A stretch of 63,942 bases of DNA, the filler included, from Cercozoa sp. M6MM (taxonomy: Eukaryota > Protista > Endomyxa: Ascetosporea), in assembly GCA_040357565.1 (NCBI GenBank). It is 12 parts of 12 records of this genome, joined end to end, with 100 filler letters (N's around TTAATTAATTAA, not from the genome) between each part and the next. Parts side by side here need not be neighbours in the genome. Positions count along the whole stretch, not along the records: positions 49,285 to 52,585 come from JBDODJ010001514.1; positions 52,686 to 56,459 come from JBDODJ010001317.1; positions 56,560 to 63,942 come from JBDODJ010000631.1; 9 more parts are not named here. One strand, written 5' to 3'. The notes beneath the pieces were generated by a model. The model was not told the origin of the DNA, made no database searches, and was given only the letters and a program-made list of their open reading frames with translations. The position numbers were made by a program, and so were the translations under genes. Positions 51,455 through 63,942 of the stretch are shown here, piece after piece (the stretch's first letter is position 1; each line of letters opens with the position of its first letter).

Positions 51455-52510
51455 TTAATACTCCTCATCTGCGGGTTCGCGTTTCATGTCGCCGCGGGCA
51501 CGTACGCGTTCACGCTTTACAGTCCGTCGGAGTTGCGAACGCGAGCGTTTTGTCCAACCACGATGTCCACTGTCAGCGCGCTGGCTTAAGCGACGAGACC
51601 GTGATCGTGATCGAGATCGAGATCGAGAGCGAGACCGTCGGCGGCGGTCTCGGGACCGGGACCGCGACCTTAACACACACACAACCAGCAGTGAGATGCG
51701 CGTGAGTATGCGCGCGTGCGCGCGCGTGTGTGTTTGATGTGTACCTGCGCTTCACGTGTCGTTTCTGGCGCTTTCGCCGCCGTCGGTGTCGCTGTTCTTG
51801 CTCGCGCAAGTGCTCTAGCAATTCCTGCGCATATAAACAGGAGTTAACGCGTACAGTCAGCGGGCTGCGCAGACGAGGATCAAACGGTGATATGTACCTG
51901 CTGTTGTTGCGGCGTCAATTCGCGGAGCTTCGCTCGTTCTTTCTCGACGTCAAACTCGTCACTTTCTTCCTGCTCGATTCAAACAACGCGTAACGTCCGA
52001 AGGCTATAGACAGGCAGGCGAGAGACGTACCAGTTTGTTGAGTTCATCCAAAGTGCGCGATGCCTTTCTCCTATCCACGCCTACTCAAAGATACCGTATC
52101 CACATGCACTGGTATATGTCCCTGGCACTCCAAGCAAGCGAGGAGGTACCTGACTGCGCTGCCTCTTCCTCCAGTAGCGCTTCATCGACGGCAGCCAAGG
52201 GTTTGTGTAGCGCTGCGTTGTTACTGCCTCCTCGAATCTGCGACCAGCAATCATCCCAATAGGCGGACCAGCACATGCGAGGATGCACATAATATCTGGA
52301 GAGGTTAGGTACGTGTCGCTGCTGTGTGACGACGATGCGCGACAGGTCCGTTCCGCCAAATCGAATCTCTCTCTTTTGTCTGTAAACAACACGCACACAT
52401 TACATGCATAAGACACTGACACTGCAAAGTCGGCAAGGGTACTGGAAATCGCGCATCGGATCGAGTCGTTCCTGGCGCGCGACATCCGTGTCAAGGATTT
52501 CATTGTACCT
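51455..52510 (-). CDS. RS-rich nuclear protein, CIR1-like, 5'-truncated
   Basis: ARQERLDPM, EFDVEKERAKLRELTPQQQQ|ELLEHL, and a C-terminal RS repeat. Confidence 0.5.
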
Positions 52511-52543
52511 GCAGAAACATCATTCCATTAAATTTCTTCCAGG

Positions 52544-52585
<42 letters not shown>

Positions 52586-52729
52586 NNNNNNNNNNNNNNN
52601 NNNNNNNNNNNNNNNNNNNNNNNNNNNNNTTAATTAATTAANNNNNNNNNNNNNNNNNNNNNNNNNNNNNNNNNNNNNNNNNNNNGGGGGGGGGTAAGAG
52701 GGGGGTAAAGTTTGAGAGAGGAACCTACC

Positions 52730-53339
52730 ACGTTGAGACCAAAGACCGGATCGGCCTCGGCCAGCGTGAACAACTGCAGGTCGATCACTTGGCTACAGCA
52801 CACAGTCCAGTCCAGTTCTAGTCCAGTCCCAGTCCATGGGATACAAGCTTTATAAGGTTATACATTTATACAATACCCCATCACAGGCAGATTGGCGCGA
52901 CGAAGCGCCGCCAGGTCGCAGCGCAAATCCCAGCCAAACACCAGCAGCTTCCTGGGAGGTAGGAAGAAGGTGTAAAGGGAAAAGGGGATGGGTAAAGGGA
53001 AAGGGGATGGGTAAAGGAGAGAAAGGGAGTAAGAAAGGGAGCAAGAGTTGTACTCCATGGACAAGAGGCGTTTGAGAGCGTCGCCAGGTGCCTGCACGTC
53101 GACGAGGAAGACAGGTTCCGAGTCGCAGTAGCGGTAGGAGACACGCGCCGACTCATCGGCCTGCTGGAGCAGCGGATTGGCGTCCCTGTAGACCAGTCCC
53201 ACCTGGATCAGGTCTAGTGCTGTATCAACACAGCCAGATAAAATAATTGACAGAGGTAGATGACAAATAGATGGACAGATAAACATAAGACGACAGATAG
53301 TGAGATCGAGATAGGCACGTAGATAGATATAGATAGGAC

Positions 53340-53387
<48 letters not shown>

Positions 53388-53750
53388 GCGTATGCGTTAC
53401 AGTCGTCGATGAGACCGAGATGGTGGCCCTCGCAGTCCAGCGCAATGCCGACGTTCTTGCCCTCCGACACCTAGCACAGCAGGAGGGGTAAGATAGGATA
53501 AGAGGCGTAAGGGTAAGGTAAGCGGGGACAACAGAACACACCAACTGCGCGACTTCGTCGACAAAGGCACCAAAGAAGCGCAGCGTGTCCTCGTTGGAGT
53601 GCTCGTGCACGTACACAAAGTCCGGCACATTCAGGGCGCGACGTCCGCGCGCGAACCGACCGCCGCCGCGACGCGGTTGCTGCTGCCCACGCCGTCCCTG
53701 TCTCTGTTCGCGCGGACTCGGGTGGAACTCGGCCGCTGATGCGTCCTGCC
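52730..53750 (-). CDS. DEDD 3'-5' exonuclease (EXD1/WRN-exo-like), partial
   Basis: IALDCEG, LIQVG, VFLVD, DLRCDLAAL, VIDLQ. Confidence 0.82.
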
Positions 53751-54462
53751 TCAAGTATAACACGAATTGTATAATTTTCTCAAATCAAGAATTCGAAGAG
53801 TGATGTAAACAGCAAGCGCACAAACTGGAACGACATATTTATTGCACGAGTTGTTGACAACTTGGCAACAACACACACAGTGCCAGCAGTCAGTCCGAGC
53901 TGCCTTGCCGTACAGAACGCGACAATTGAGCCCATATCAGCTGAGCCAGTCGTTAAAAGGAGTCGATGGTCAAAAACAGCATCAACTGAGATCCAGCAGC
54001 TCTACGTGTTTCATTCACTTGATCTGCAAGGTATACTCTCCTAAGAGCTGGTCCAAGTGCGATCGCGCGATAAGGCTGTGGGCTTTCAAGCCTGAGACGC
54101 GCACCCGCTTGGATCTCCTGCCGTGTTCACGCTGCCGCAAAGGCTGTTTTTGTTTCAATAAGTGCGGCACTAGCGCCTGATTTCGAAACACAGACTTTCT
54201 TGTTTGCAAAAATCGTTTTGGTATTTTCGATATTTTTTTGTTTTTGTGCAGTTGCCAGCGCGGACGAGTTTGTCGGGTCGTTTTCTGCAGCGTTCTGTCA
54301 GTTTGCGTGAGTTCTCTGCTTCCCATTGCGTTAGAGACGTCATTAAGTGCGTCCACCAGTCTGCACACGTCGCTTACAGGAGTTTTGCACCAATCGACGT
54401 CCTCAACTTTTTTGAGTCGCTTCGTCAAAAAATCCCTTCCAGTCACAAAGTATCCAGCAAAA

Positions 54463-54927
54463 ATGTCGGAGAGTCGCAAGGCCGTTATCAAGAATGCCGA
54501 TATGGCGGAGGACGTGCAGATGGATGCTATCGAGTGCGCCACGCAGGTATTTCATTCTCCTTTTTGTATTTCAGCGAGAGTTGCTGTATTCGTCGCTGGC
54601 AAATACGAAACACCTTGGTGTTTTTGCGAGTTTTCTATGTCGAAAGACGTTCGGTTAACGCGTTTCTTTCTTGCTCAGGCACTTGACAAGTTCTCTGTCG
54701 AGAAGGACATTGCTGCCTACATTAAGAAAGAGTTCGACAAGAAGTACAACCCGACGTGGCACTGCATTGTTGGCCGAAACTTTGGCTCATACGTCACGCA
54801 CGAAACCAAGCACTTCATCTACTTCTACTTGGGTACTTGTGCTCATTTTATAATCTGGTGTTTTGATGGTTCGATGCCCGTATTATTCGCAGGTCAAGTC
54901 GCCATTCTGCTGTTCAAGTCGGGCTAA
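54463..54927 (+). CDS. DYNLL1: Dynein light chain LC8, 3 exons
   Basis: Exons 54463-54546, 54679-54832 and 54893-54927. AVIKNADM...[55 protein letters not shown]. Confidence 0.98.
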   Translation: MSESRKAVIKNADMAEDVQMDAIECATQVFHSPFCISARVAVFVAGKYETPWCFCEFSMSKDVRLTRFFLAQALDKFSVEKDIAAYIKKEFDKKYNPTWHCIVGRNFGSYVTHETKHFIYFYLGTCAHFIIWCFDGSMPVLFAGQVAILLFKSG

Positions 54928-55182
54928 CAGCTGAGCTTCAAAGAAAACTCGTGTCGGTGTGGCAAGATTTGATTTGTTTGGAGGTCTCTCCTGACGATGC
55001 TATCCGAGCCGAGTTAACTCAAAACCTCCGACTCGGAGTGGGTACTAAAACGAGTAATCATGATGCGATAACTGAATGTCTGAACTGAAGTTATCGTATC
55101 GCGTCGAATTATACGATATTTTATGCTTTCGCTACGTATACGCTATGCGTGTACGGTACCGTAACAACCTAAACAACGCACG

Positions 55183-55529
55183 CTAGGCGAGATCGTGTGC
55201 GTCAAAAAAGTCGCTCTGCACGAAGGTGACAGGCCAGGGCGGCAGCGCCGTGTTTTCCTGGTCGCTGCGCGCGGCCACGACGAAGCGGTTGCGTCGGTGC
55301 GGCGTGTCGCCTGGCAGACGGCACACGCGCTTGAGTTCGTAGCCCTGCGGCAGCGTCTGGTCGCAGTCACTGGGGGGGGGGGGGGTAAAACGTGTGATAT
55401 GGGGCAAAACACGGGGTGTGGGGGGGGGGNNNNNNNNNNNNNNNNNNNNNNNNNNNNNNNNNNNNNNNNNNNNNNNNNNNNNNNNNNNNNNNNNNNNNNN
55501 NNNNNNNNNNNNNNNNNNNNNNNNNNNNN

Positions 55530-55568
<39 letters not shown>

Positions 55569-56446
55569 AAAGGTAGTTACACAGGCTCAGGCAGGTACGG
55601 CGTCACATAAGGCGACCTCTCCGACGAGGTTACCTGTACCACACAGCGCCCCCTTAACCAGCGTACATGGTGATCCTAACACAGATTTGTACCGCCTCAA
55701 TCACTGAGTCAAAATTACTCGGCGATCCGAACTGTCGAATCTGGTGTGCGGTAAGAGAGGGTATGAGGGGGTAAAGAGGGGGGGGGGGTAAGAGTGTGGC
55801 ACCACATGCACCAGTTCCATGAGCACGTAGGTGGTCGGCGGCGCCAAGTAGATGCCGCCTTGCTCGGGCGGCAGCAGGCGCCGCGTCAGTGCGTCTAGAA
55901 AGCAAGGCATGTTTACCCCCTTACCCCGTACCGGATACGCAAGTACCTTCGGGATCCATCCACTGCAAATCCGTCGTCTCAGAACCGTCCGCACTCATTC
56001 TATTGTCACACAGGATGGGGGATGGGGGGAGGGGGGTGGGCGGGGTAAAGGAGGAGTCTACTGCTGGATGGAGTCGACGAAGGAGTCTAGAATCGCAAGG
56101 TAGAAACGTGTGTCGAATCGCTTCTGTCGGAGGGGGGTAAGCAGGGGGAGGGAGTACGCCGGGGCGGGGGAAGAAGGTAAGGGGGCAAAACCGTCTGGTA
56201 GGCCGGCGTAATCCAATGCGCCCACGGCAGCAAACGCTGCTGCAGCGCAGGCAGGTCGACATGCTTGACTCGAGTCAAGTCATCGAAGGCAGCGGCACCA
56301 CTGTCCAGTACGGCACCTGCACACACCAACAACCTTGTTCGGCAGGTACTGTGTGACACACCGGACACTGACTATGATGACGGGTACGTCTCCAACGTCG
56401 CTGCTCTGCCAACGCGTCCCACGGCACCGGCGTCATTGTCTGCCCA
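55183..56446 (-). CDS. Nudix hydrolase, NUDT19-like, 5'-truncated
   Basis: PWAHWITP, KRFDTRFYLA, DGSETTDLQWMDP, LAPPTTYVLMEL. Confidence 0.82.
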
Positions 56447-56934
56447 GGGGGGGGGGGGGNNNNNNNNNNNNNNNNNNNNNNNNNNNNNNNNNNNNNNNNN
56501 NNNTTAATTAATTAANNNNNNNNNNNNNNNNNNNNNNNNNNNNNNNNNNNNNNNNNNNNAAACAGACGGGTAAACAGTGAGGATACAGGGGTAGAAACAG
56601 GGGTAAGAACAGGGGTAGAAACAGGTGTATAAACAGGCGTATAAACAGGCGTATAACAGATGGATAAATAGGTGGGTAAACAGGGTACAAATAGCGTATG
56701 AACTGGGAAGTATACAGGTGAGTAAACAGGAGTATAACAGATGTGGAAGCAGGATAGAAACAGTATAACAGAGATATAACAAGAGGTATAACAGAGGTAT
56801 AACAAAGGTATAAACAGGTGGATATAAATAAGTGTATAGAAAGGTACAAACATATGGGTAAACAGGTGGATAAACAGGTGGGTGACAGGTGGGTAAACAG
56901 GTGGCTAAACGGGAAAGGGGTGTAGACAGCACCC

Positions 56935-59900
56935 CACCAAACACGTCGTGCACCCGCCAGAGTTCGCGCAGCAGTCGTCGCCGCGCGTGCCGACGCAGCT
57001 GCGACGGCGCCTGCCTCAGGAAACGAGTCTGCCGCTCCAGGTCGGCCTGCCGCAGCGGCATGCACAGCGACAACTGCTGCAGCTGCGCCTCTCCGCTCTT
57101 CCACAACTGCATGTGGGGGAGGGAGTAAGCGGTAAGAAGGCAAGAGGGTGAGGAGGGTGTAACACCAACACGCGATCCATCCGTGCGATGTCTTTTATCA
57201 ACAGTTCCGCTTCGTCCGGTTCCAATCCGGCTGTAGGGGGTGGGTGGGGGTAAAGGGGTATATCAGAGAGTATATATGGACTAGAGAGGTATAGAGAGGT
57301 ATAGAAAGGAGGGAGTATAGAGGGGATAGAGGGAAGTATATCTGGGGGTATATATGAGGGTATATATGGGGTATAGAGAGGGTATAGAAGGGAGGTAAAG
57401 ACGAGGGTAAAGAGGGGAGTAAAACGGTGAACTAAAGCTACAAAAAAACGCAGCGTCGCCGAGTTTCGTCACTTCGTGCTCCGCCGTTATCACGCCTGTT
57501 TCAGAGGGGTAAACAGGGGGGTAAACAGGGGGGTAAACAGGGAGGTAAAACCCATCCGTCGTAGCAATTCGCGAGCGCGGCGTCGTCGCTGCCGCAGCTG
57601 CGAAATTCGACGCTTTTTTGCGCCGTCGTCGTCGCACGCGGCAACGAACAGCGTCGACTCAAAGTGCGCCTCCTCTTCTTGCTCTGGGGGGGGGGGGTAA
57701 ACAGGAAGTAAACAGGGAGTAAACAGGGAGAAAACAAGGGAGTAAACAGAGGGGTAAACAGGGAGGGGTAAAAGACACCATTCGACACGAGGCCGAAACA
57801 AACCGCATCGAACAAAACGAGACCGACGTTTCCGATGTCGTCGGGTTTCACGTCGCGCTTGCTGCAGCAAAAACAACAAACGGACAGGCATGTTCTGTTG
57901 TTGGTTTTCTCTACATCAGCGCGGACTCTTACATCAGCGCGGACTGAGGCGAGTCGACCTTGCTCATCTGGCACAGTTGTTTCATCAAGTCCAACTATAA
58001 GGGGAGGGGGTGACATACGGGATACACAGGGGGTAAGGGGGTGCATGGGGTACACATGGCCGCGCGGACAGCACGTAGGCCTCGCTCTTGGTTTTCTGAA
58101 GGCCGAGCCGACCGGCGCGACCCAGCATCTGCCGCACTTTCGTCGAGTCGAAGAAGCGCGCCGCCTCTGTCTTCAGCACCACCACGCGACTCGCTGGCAG
58201 ACTGAGGAGGTAAGGATTTAAGGGGTATGGGACTAGGGCAGGAGATTAAGGAGGTAGGGGATTAAGGGGGTAGGGGATTAAGGGATAGGGGATTAAGGGA
58301 TAGGGGATAAAGCGGGCAGGGGATTAAGGGGTAGGGAATTAAGCGGGTAGGGATAAAGGGGTAAGGGATTAAGGGGAAGGAACGAAAGGGAGTAATACTT
58401 GACCCCCTCAGCCAGAGCGGACGTGGCCACAATGCAGCGCAAATGACGCTTCCGAAACAAATCTTCCAACAGTTTTCGGTCTTGCTTCGACAGCCCTGGC
58501 GGGGGGGGGGGTAAACAGGGGGTAAACAGGGAGGTATAGAGGAAGTAAACAGGGAGTAAACAGGTGAGTAAACAGGGAGTCAACAAGTGAGTAAACAGGT
58601 GAGTAAACAGGGGGTAAATAGGTGGTATCACAGAGAGTGAATATGGGGATAAGGCGGGGTAAAGAGGGTAAATAAGGAGGGGTGCATAAGGGGTAAGGAG
58701 GGGGTACATAGAGGGTAAGGAGGGGGTTAAGAGGGGGTTAAGAGGGGGGTAAAACTACCGGCCGTGTACTGCGCGACGCCAAAGCCGTTGTGCAGCGGCA
58801 GCTGGTGTCGCATGTCGACATGCTCCTCGCCGAGACAGAGAGCCTTAAGGTGTCGTCTCAGCACCGGCGTCGTCGGAGGCAGCGAGCAAGCAATGTGCGC
58901 CAGTCGTTGCGCATGTCGCAGAGGCGATGACGCTAAAGGTGTCGTCTCTGGCAACGTCTGACTCGACTGTGTCGACGTCTGCTCGCTCACTTGTGCCTTG
59001 TACCTGCGCTTTAGCCCTCTCATACCCCGTCTTACTCCCTCTTACCCCTCTTACCCCCCTTACCCCCTCTCCCCCTACCTAGCAGCGCAGAAGTGAGCAG
59101 CCCCAGCGGTTGCTCGCAGCCACTCGGCGTCTTTTCCCTGGGGAAACAAAACAGTACCCCCATTGCCCCATTACCCCCCCCCCCCAGAAGAGAACATACA
59201 ATGTCGCGGAAGCGCTCAAAGTATTTCTGCCGAATGAAGTGCACGCGTCGCTCGCTGATTTCTTTCACTTTCGCTCGCTCCGTCTGAAAACAGCTTTCAC
59301 CTTTTGAGTCAACTATCGAGAGCAAAGCTTTCAATTTCAAAATTAAAGCTATTCAAAATCACAGCTTTCAGTTTCAAAACATCAAAGCTCTTCTTTTAAC
59401 ACCCAAGCAAACAGCCTAAGCAAAGTAAAGTTAAAAGCGATACATCGGAGAGCGACTGAACGAGTTGAAGCAGCAGCGCGTCGATACGCGTGGCGACGTC
59501 TTGACACAGCGACAGGTTCGGACAGAACACGATGACGCAGCCACTGAGCGGATTGGCGATCAGTGCATCAACTGCCACATGCGCTGCCACGTCTTGCAGT
59601 TGCACGGTTTTCGGCGTCTGGTGAAACCTGCAACAAAGAAAGAAACAATTGTTTATTCAAGGTAAATTTAATTTAATTTGTATTTCAATTGGAAAAACGC
59701 CCTTTTTAGTTGGAGAAACGCTAACAAAAGATTGCGTTGAAAGTAGAACTAAATGCCTGCTGTACCGATAAGATCTCGTAGCGCACTGTTTCGGATCCTG
59801 ACAGTACTGCGCGACGTCCTGACTCGGAAGCAGACGCAGAATCGTTTGCTGTTGTTGTTGCTGTCTAGACCGCTTAGCGGGCACTCTATGCAGTTTTTCA

Positions 59901-61245
59901 AAGAAGAGAAAATTCTCTGCAACTGTCACTGGCTGTGCTTGCGAGGCATACGTGCCTGCAGAGATACGGAGGTTGAAACAGGACGGGAGGAAAGGCGAAA
60001 GGCCAAACGGTACGAGCGTTTAGCCACTTGGCAATGTGCGAAAACTCCATGGTCGCCGAGAAGGCAACTACAGTGATCGGTCGGGCTCGCGCTGAGTGAA
60101 GGTAAAAGAAAACACCCGGTGTTGTTGAAAGCAAGAAACGGCTTAAGATATCTGAAGCTGGAGGTACGAAAGAAACGACGCTGCACTTGCATCACTGTGT
60201 GCAGTAGCATCTCCAACTTGTAGCCTCGGTCCTTGTTGTATCTACCAGGGTACACAACAGCCGTCGAAACAATGTTGGTTTTTGAAAGACAAAGGTTTTT
60301 GAAAGACAAAGGAAGACAGCACTACATGTAATGCGCTTCGTCGATAAAGATCGATGAAATATGATGCGCCAGCCCATGTCGCGCTCGTTCCTCTTCCTCG
60401 AGTAGTCGCTCAGTTCGGGGTGTCTGAGCGACGCTCCCGCTAATGCTGGTGCTGCCACTGGCTTTGCTTGCTGCTTTCAGCGCCTTCTGTCGCTGCTTCT
60501 TCTCCCACGCCTTCGCAAATTCGACCGTGTCGCGAATGAGAGTCCGCAGCACCAGGCACAGCTGCCAGGTAAAAGTAGTGCGCATAAATGTACAGCATAG
60601 TATAACAGTACTGTACCTTTTCGTAAGTCCCAACGGCAACGTGAATTTGGCTGTTTAAGCTTGGTATATCCTCCAGAGAGCGCGCTTTTCTCTTGCTAAA
60701 CCGAGAGTGCCTGTGAAAGCTCAGGAAATGTGTATGAAGCTCGTACGTTTTCGCCAGCAGCGACCGAAACCGTTGCGTCTTTTCGCGAAGCAGCGCGCGC
60801 AAAGGAACGCCATACAAGGCACAACGACTCATCGAATTTGGATCTGCGAGCAGGCGCATCAAGAGAAGCTCGGCTACCAGAGTCTGTTTCGAAAAACCGG
60901 AACTAGGCTGGACTGAACTGAACCGAACGATATCATAGCAGAAGATGACGAAAGCACCTTTCCGGAGCCTGTTGGAGCCGTGTAGACAAAGTTCGGAACT
61001 TCAAAGTTGTCATTCCTCAACTGAAGCGAATTGATTGCATCAGCTTGCCTGCGAGTGCACGGAATCATAAGCCACATTTATGAACAAAAGCGAACCGACC
61101 ACTGCAGCAGCTTGCCGCTTTTCGTGCTTTTCTTTAAGTTCTGCAACATTCGAGGAACTCGCCTCAGCCAAGGGATGCGCACAAAGTCTAGGCCCTCTAA
61201 ACTAACAACAGAGTTCTCCTGAACGACATCAATGTGCTGACTCAT
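56935..61245 (-). CDS. Ski2-like SF2 DNA helicase (HELQ / POLQ helicase domain), 3'-truncated
   Basis: VYTAPTGSGK, GTYEK, IFIDEAH, RGYKLEMLL, FSATM, IVFCP, VATSALAEGV|..LPASRVV, QMLGRAGRLG. Confidence 0.88.
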
Positions 61246-61503
61246 TTTTGGCGGGAAAACTTGAAATGCTATTGCTTCGCGGCGGCCGTCGCCGAACTAG
61301 CGCCAAACACCGCTCTCTGGCGTGACTGGCTTCAACCCTTTAACTAAAGTGAAATCAGCAAAATCAGATCGGCATTTTTGCGTTTTATTTTTGTGGCGGA
61401 ACCAAACCACTTGGTTCTTTCAAATTTGCAAACTCTGCCGCGAGTTTAGAGCAACTAACGGTTTACCAAGTTGTCCTGTAAGTCTAATAAGCCTACACGC
61501 CCC

Positions 61504-63942
61504 ATGTCGGCGAATGGGACTGGAACGGGAGGGGCACCCCTCGCGGACAGTGAAAATCGAGCCGAGCACGATGAAATCGCTGAATCCAGCAAAGTTCGTC
61601 CGTTAGTCGCTGAAAGCGCCGAAAATGAAGCGAATTTCGCAGATGAGCACACTTCCGTGGTATTTCAATCGTTTTCTTGAGCAAAAATCGCTGATTCGGG
61701 GTGTGAGCAGCTGAGCAGAATTTCGATGCACGCGAGCATTCAGCTTCCGGGCGGCGAAGAATGCAGACTCGTTTTCGCCAATGGTGACTTTCTTTTTTGG
61801 GGCTTTTTAATTTAACTGACTGTGTTGTTGCTTTTCGTTCGCAGAGCCGTCGCTCTCGCGGCTTCCGAACGGCCAACTGCGTTTCGAAGGCAAGGTGTCG
61901 ACGGCGCAGCTGTGTGAGCGCTTCCTGCAGCACGTGACGCAGTGCGACAGCTTTGAGGAAAACTTCGCCATTGAATCATTGTATGTTCTTCCTTTCTATT
62001 GTATTTTTGAGATTATTTTTCGTGTCAGACGTTTCTTGGGCGAAGTGATCAAACACGATGTCAACAGCGACTGGAAGCAGTGCGCGCATACCCTTTTGGG
62101 CACGTGTACTCGCCTGCTGCTGCAGCGTTTCGGCACAGGTCACGAGACCTGCGATTTCTCGAACTTTGATCGGCCGTCCAGTACGTCCTTGTGCTTCAGC
62201 GCGGAGGCCACTCACTCAAAGGGTTGACTTGTGTTATTTTGTGTTCAGTCGCTGTGCTCGAATTCGCTACGACTCTTGTTTCCTTCGCTTTCGAAATCGC
62301 GCTGCGTTTGCCGATAAAACACCGACGACGCGGCAACAAGAAACTCAAAAAAATCGATCGCAACGACAGTCTGCTGGTGCGACTCGTTTGTGTTCGTGTC
62401 CTGTCTATCTCTTTTGACGAAACGCGCTGCAGGTGGAATCGTTGGATCAACTGATGGCGACCGTTTTTGCCTCGCGAAACGCGGCCTTGCTGCGGCATTT
62501 ACTCATGTGCGACAGCGAGTTCAACGACCCAGTTTTCGGAGAGGACGAGCGTAGCTTTGAAACTTCTTGTTCTCGTGCTGCTTTCGATTTTATTGGTGAT
62601 TTTGCGCTCAAATTCAGCCACGGCCGGCGATTTATGGCGTTTGTTGGACAAGACGCTTCCTTTGATGCCGTATACTTGACTCCTACCATTCTTTGATTTT
62701 TAGATGCTGTCTTTGTTGGTTTAGAAAAACACGGTCGCTGCTGGAGAAGCAAGAGGTGGCACAGACGCTGTTTCGCGCAGTGTCTGACCCGGTGTTTCTC
62801 ATGCTGACGAAGCGCGACGCAGAGTTCGCCGCCGTGATGTCGCTGCCGCCGAAAGAGACGCTTATCGAGAACTCTGCTTCCGTGTGGAACAAAGCCTTAG
62901 ACGCAAGTGAAAGCCTCATTGCTGCGCTGCCTTCGCTCAAGTCTGTCCTCGTTCCACTCGTCGACATGTACGCTGAGTCCACCGGCAATTACACCGAGGT
63001 ATCTCTTGTTTCTTGTTTCGCTTTTTACTTCAAAACTGGACGGACGCTGATGAAGCTGAAAGGCGAAAGCTGAAAATTAATGCTCAAACTTTAAAACATT
63101 AACTGATTATTTTGGAAGCTAAGGTTGTACATTTTTCGCAGGTGCTGAGACACGTCGAAAGCAGCAACGCGAGTCGCGTGTTGAAAAGCGAACTGACGAA
63201 GACACTGCTAGAGCGTTCGCTGCGTCGACTGTAACTTTTCCCTTGTTCCTTTTTTTTTTGCTTTCGTTTTCTTCGAAAGCTCTGCTTTGCTTTGCTTTGG
63301 AAGCTTTCGCTTTGCTTTGTTTCGACAGCTTTCGCTTTGCTTTCTTTTGCTTTGTTTTTATAAAAACTGTTGCTTTGCTTTGTTTGAAAGCTTGATCTAA
63401 TGGTTGTTTCGAAAACACAGCGAGCAGAGCGACAGTGCGAAACTGAGAAGCGACGTGCTGCGGCAGGCGATTTCGGTGTGTTCGACGCCGCTGTCGTGGG
63501 CCGACCTGCCTTGTCTGAGCGACATTCACGACAAGGTACTCTACTGTCTACTGTCTGTGGTCTGTACTGTCAGTGTCACCACGAACGAGGTTGTTCAGGT
63601 GCTGCTGCCGCTGCTGGTGTCGCTCCGTGCGGACATCGAAAATGCGAACAAACCGAAAATGCTCGAAACTTGCGCCAGCACGCTTCGATGCGTTATCGAC
63701 GCTGTCACGCAGTGGTAGAGCTTTACCCCTCTCTTCACCCCGTTACCCCCCTCCCTCTTTCAGGTGTGAAATCACGGGACGATCGGCGGAAGAGTCGGCG
63801 GAACCGTAAAACACAGAGCGTTTTTCTTTTTGTGGTTTTTTGTACGTTATTTGTCAGAACGACGGTTCAGTTGTTGACGGAAGCAACCATTGCTTCGCAA
63901 AAGTACAAACTCGACCTGCTGGCGGAGGTAGGCTGTTTTGGG
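61504..63942 (+). CDS. Multi-exon helical (ARM/HEAT-like) hypothetical protein, running off the window
   Basis: Start MSANGTGTGG and many leucine-rich GT-AG exons. Divergent from the helicase gene. Confidence 0.55.

Noticed and set aside
51900-52010. Programmed frameshift in the CIR1-like gene
   Set aside because: A downstream CAG acceptor restores the frame (LNKL|EESDEFDVE).
58205-58380. Telomeric array (GGGATTAAGG-like)
   Set aside because: It lies inside a helicase intron, is degenerate, and is not TTAGGG/TTTAGGG.

Overview
This is eukaryotic (protist-type) genomic DNA using the standard code, with short GT-AG introns. The window is not one locus. Eleven identical 100-nt spacers (N44-TTAATTAATTAA-N44) join 12 unrelated contigs, so gene order across spacers is meaningless. 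Most genes are housekeeping or signalling genes recognised from remembered family motifs after manual splicing; no database search was run. They include NOC3, RPN10, ISY1, WDR3/UTP12, dynein light chain LC8, NUDT19-like, a HELQ/POLQ-type helicase, an EXD-type exonuclease, RGS, a class C GPCR, a Sel1 protein, an SH3 protein, two methyltransferases, a CDP-alcohol phosphatidyltransferase and three tRNAs. There are three standouts. (1) A complete 10-exon gene at 699-2013 (-) splices to a 237-aa protein with the motifs of the bacterial type VI secretion tube protein Hcp in the correct order; the ORF track shows it only as fragments. (2) A complete Merlin/IS1595-type DNA transposon at 34871-37429 has 26-bp TIRs, a perfect 9-bp TSD and an intron-rich transposase with an intact DDE triad. 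(3) An SPX + RING + zf-4CXXC-like fusion protein. The lineage cannot be determined from this window.
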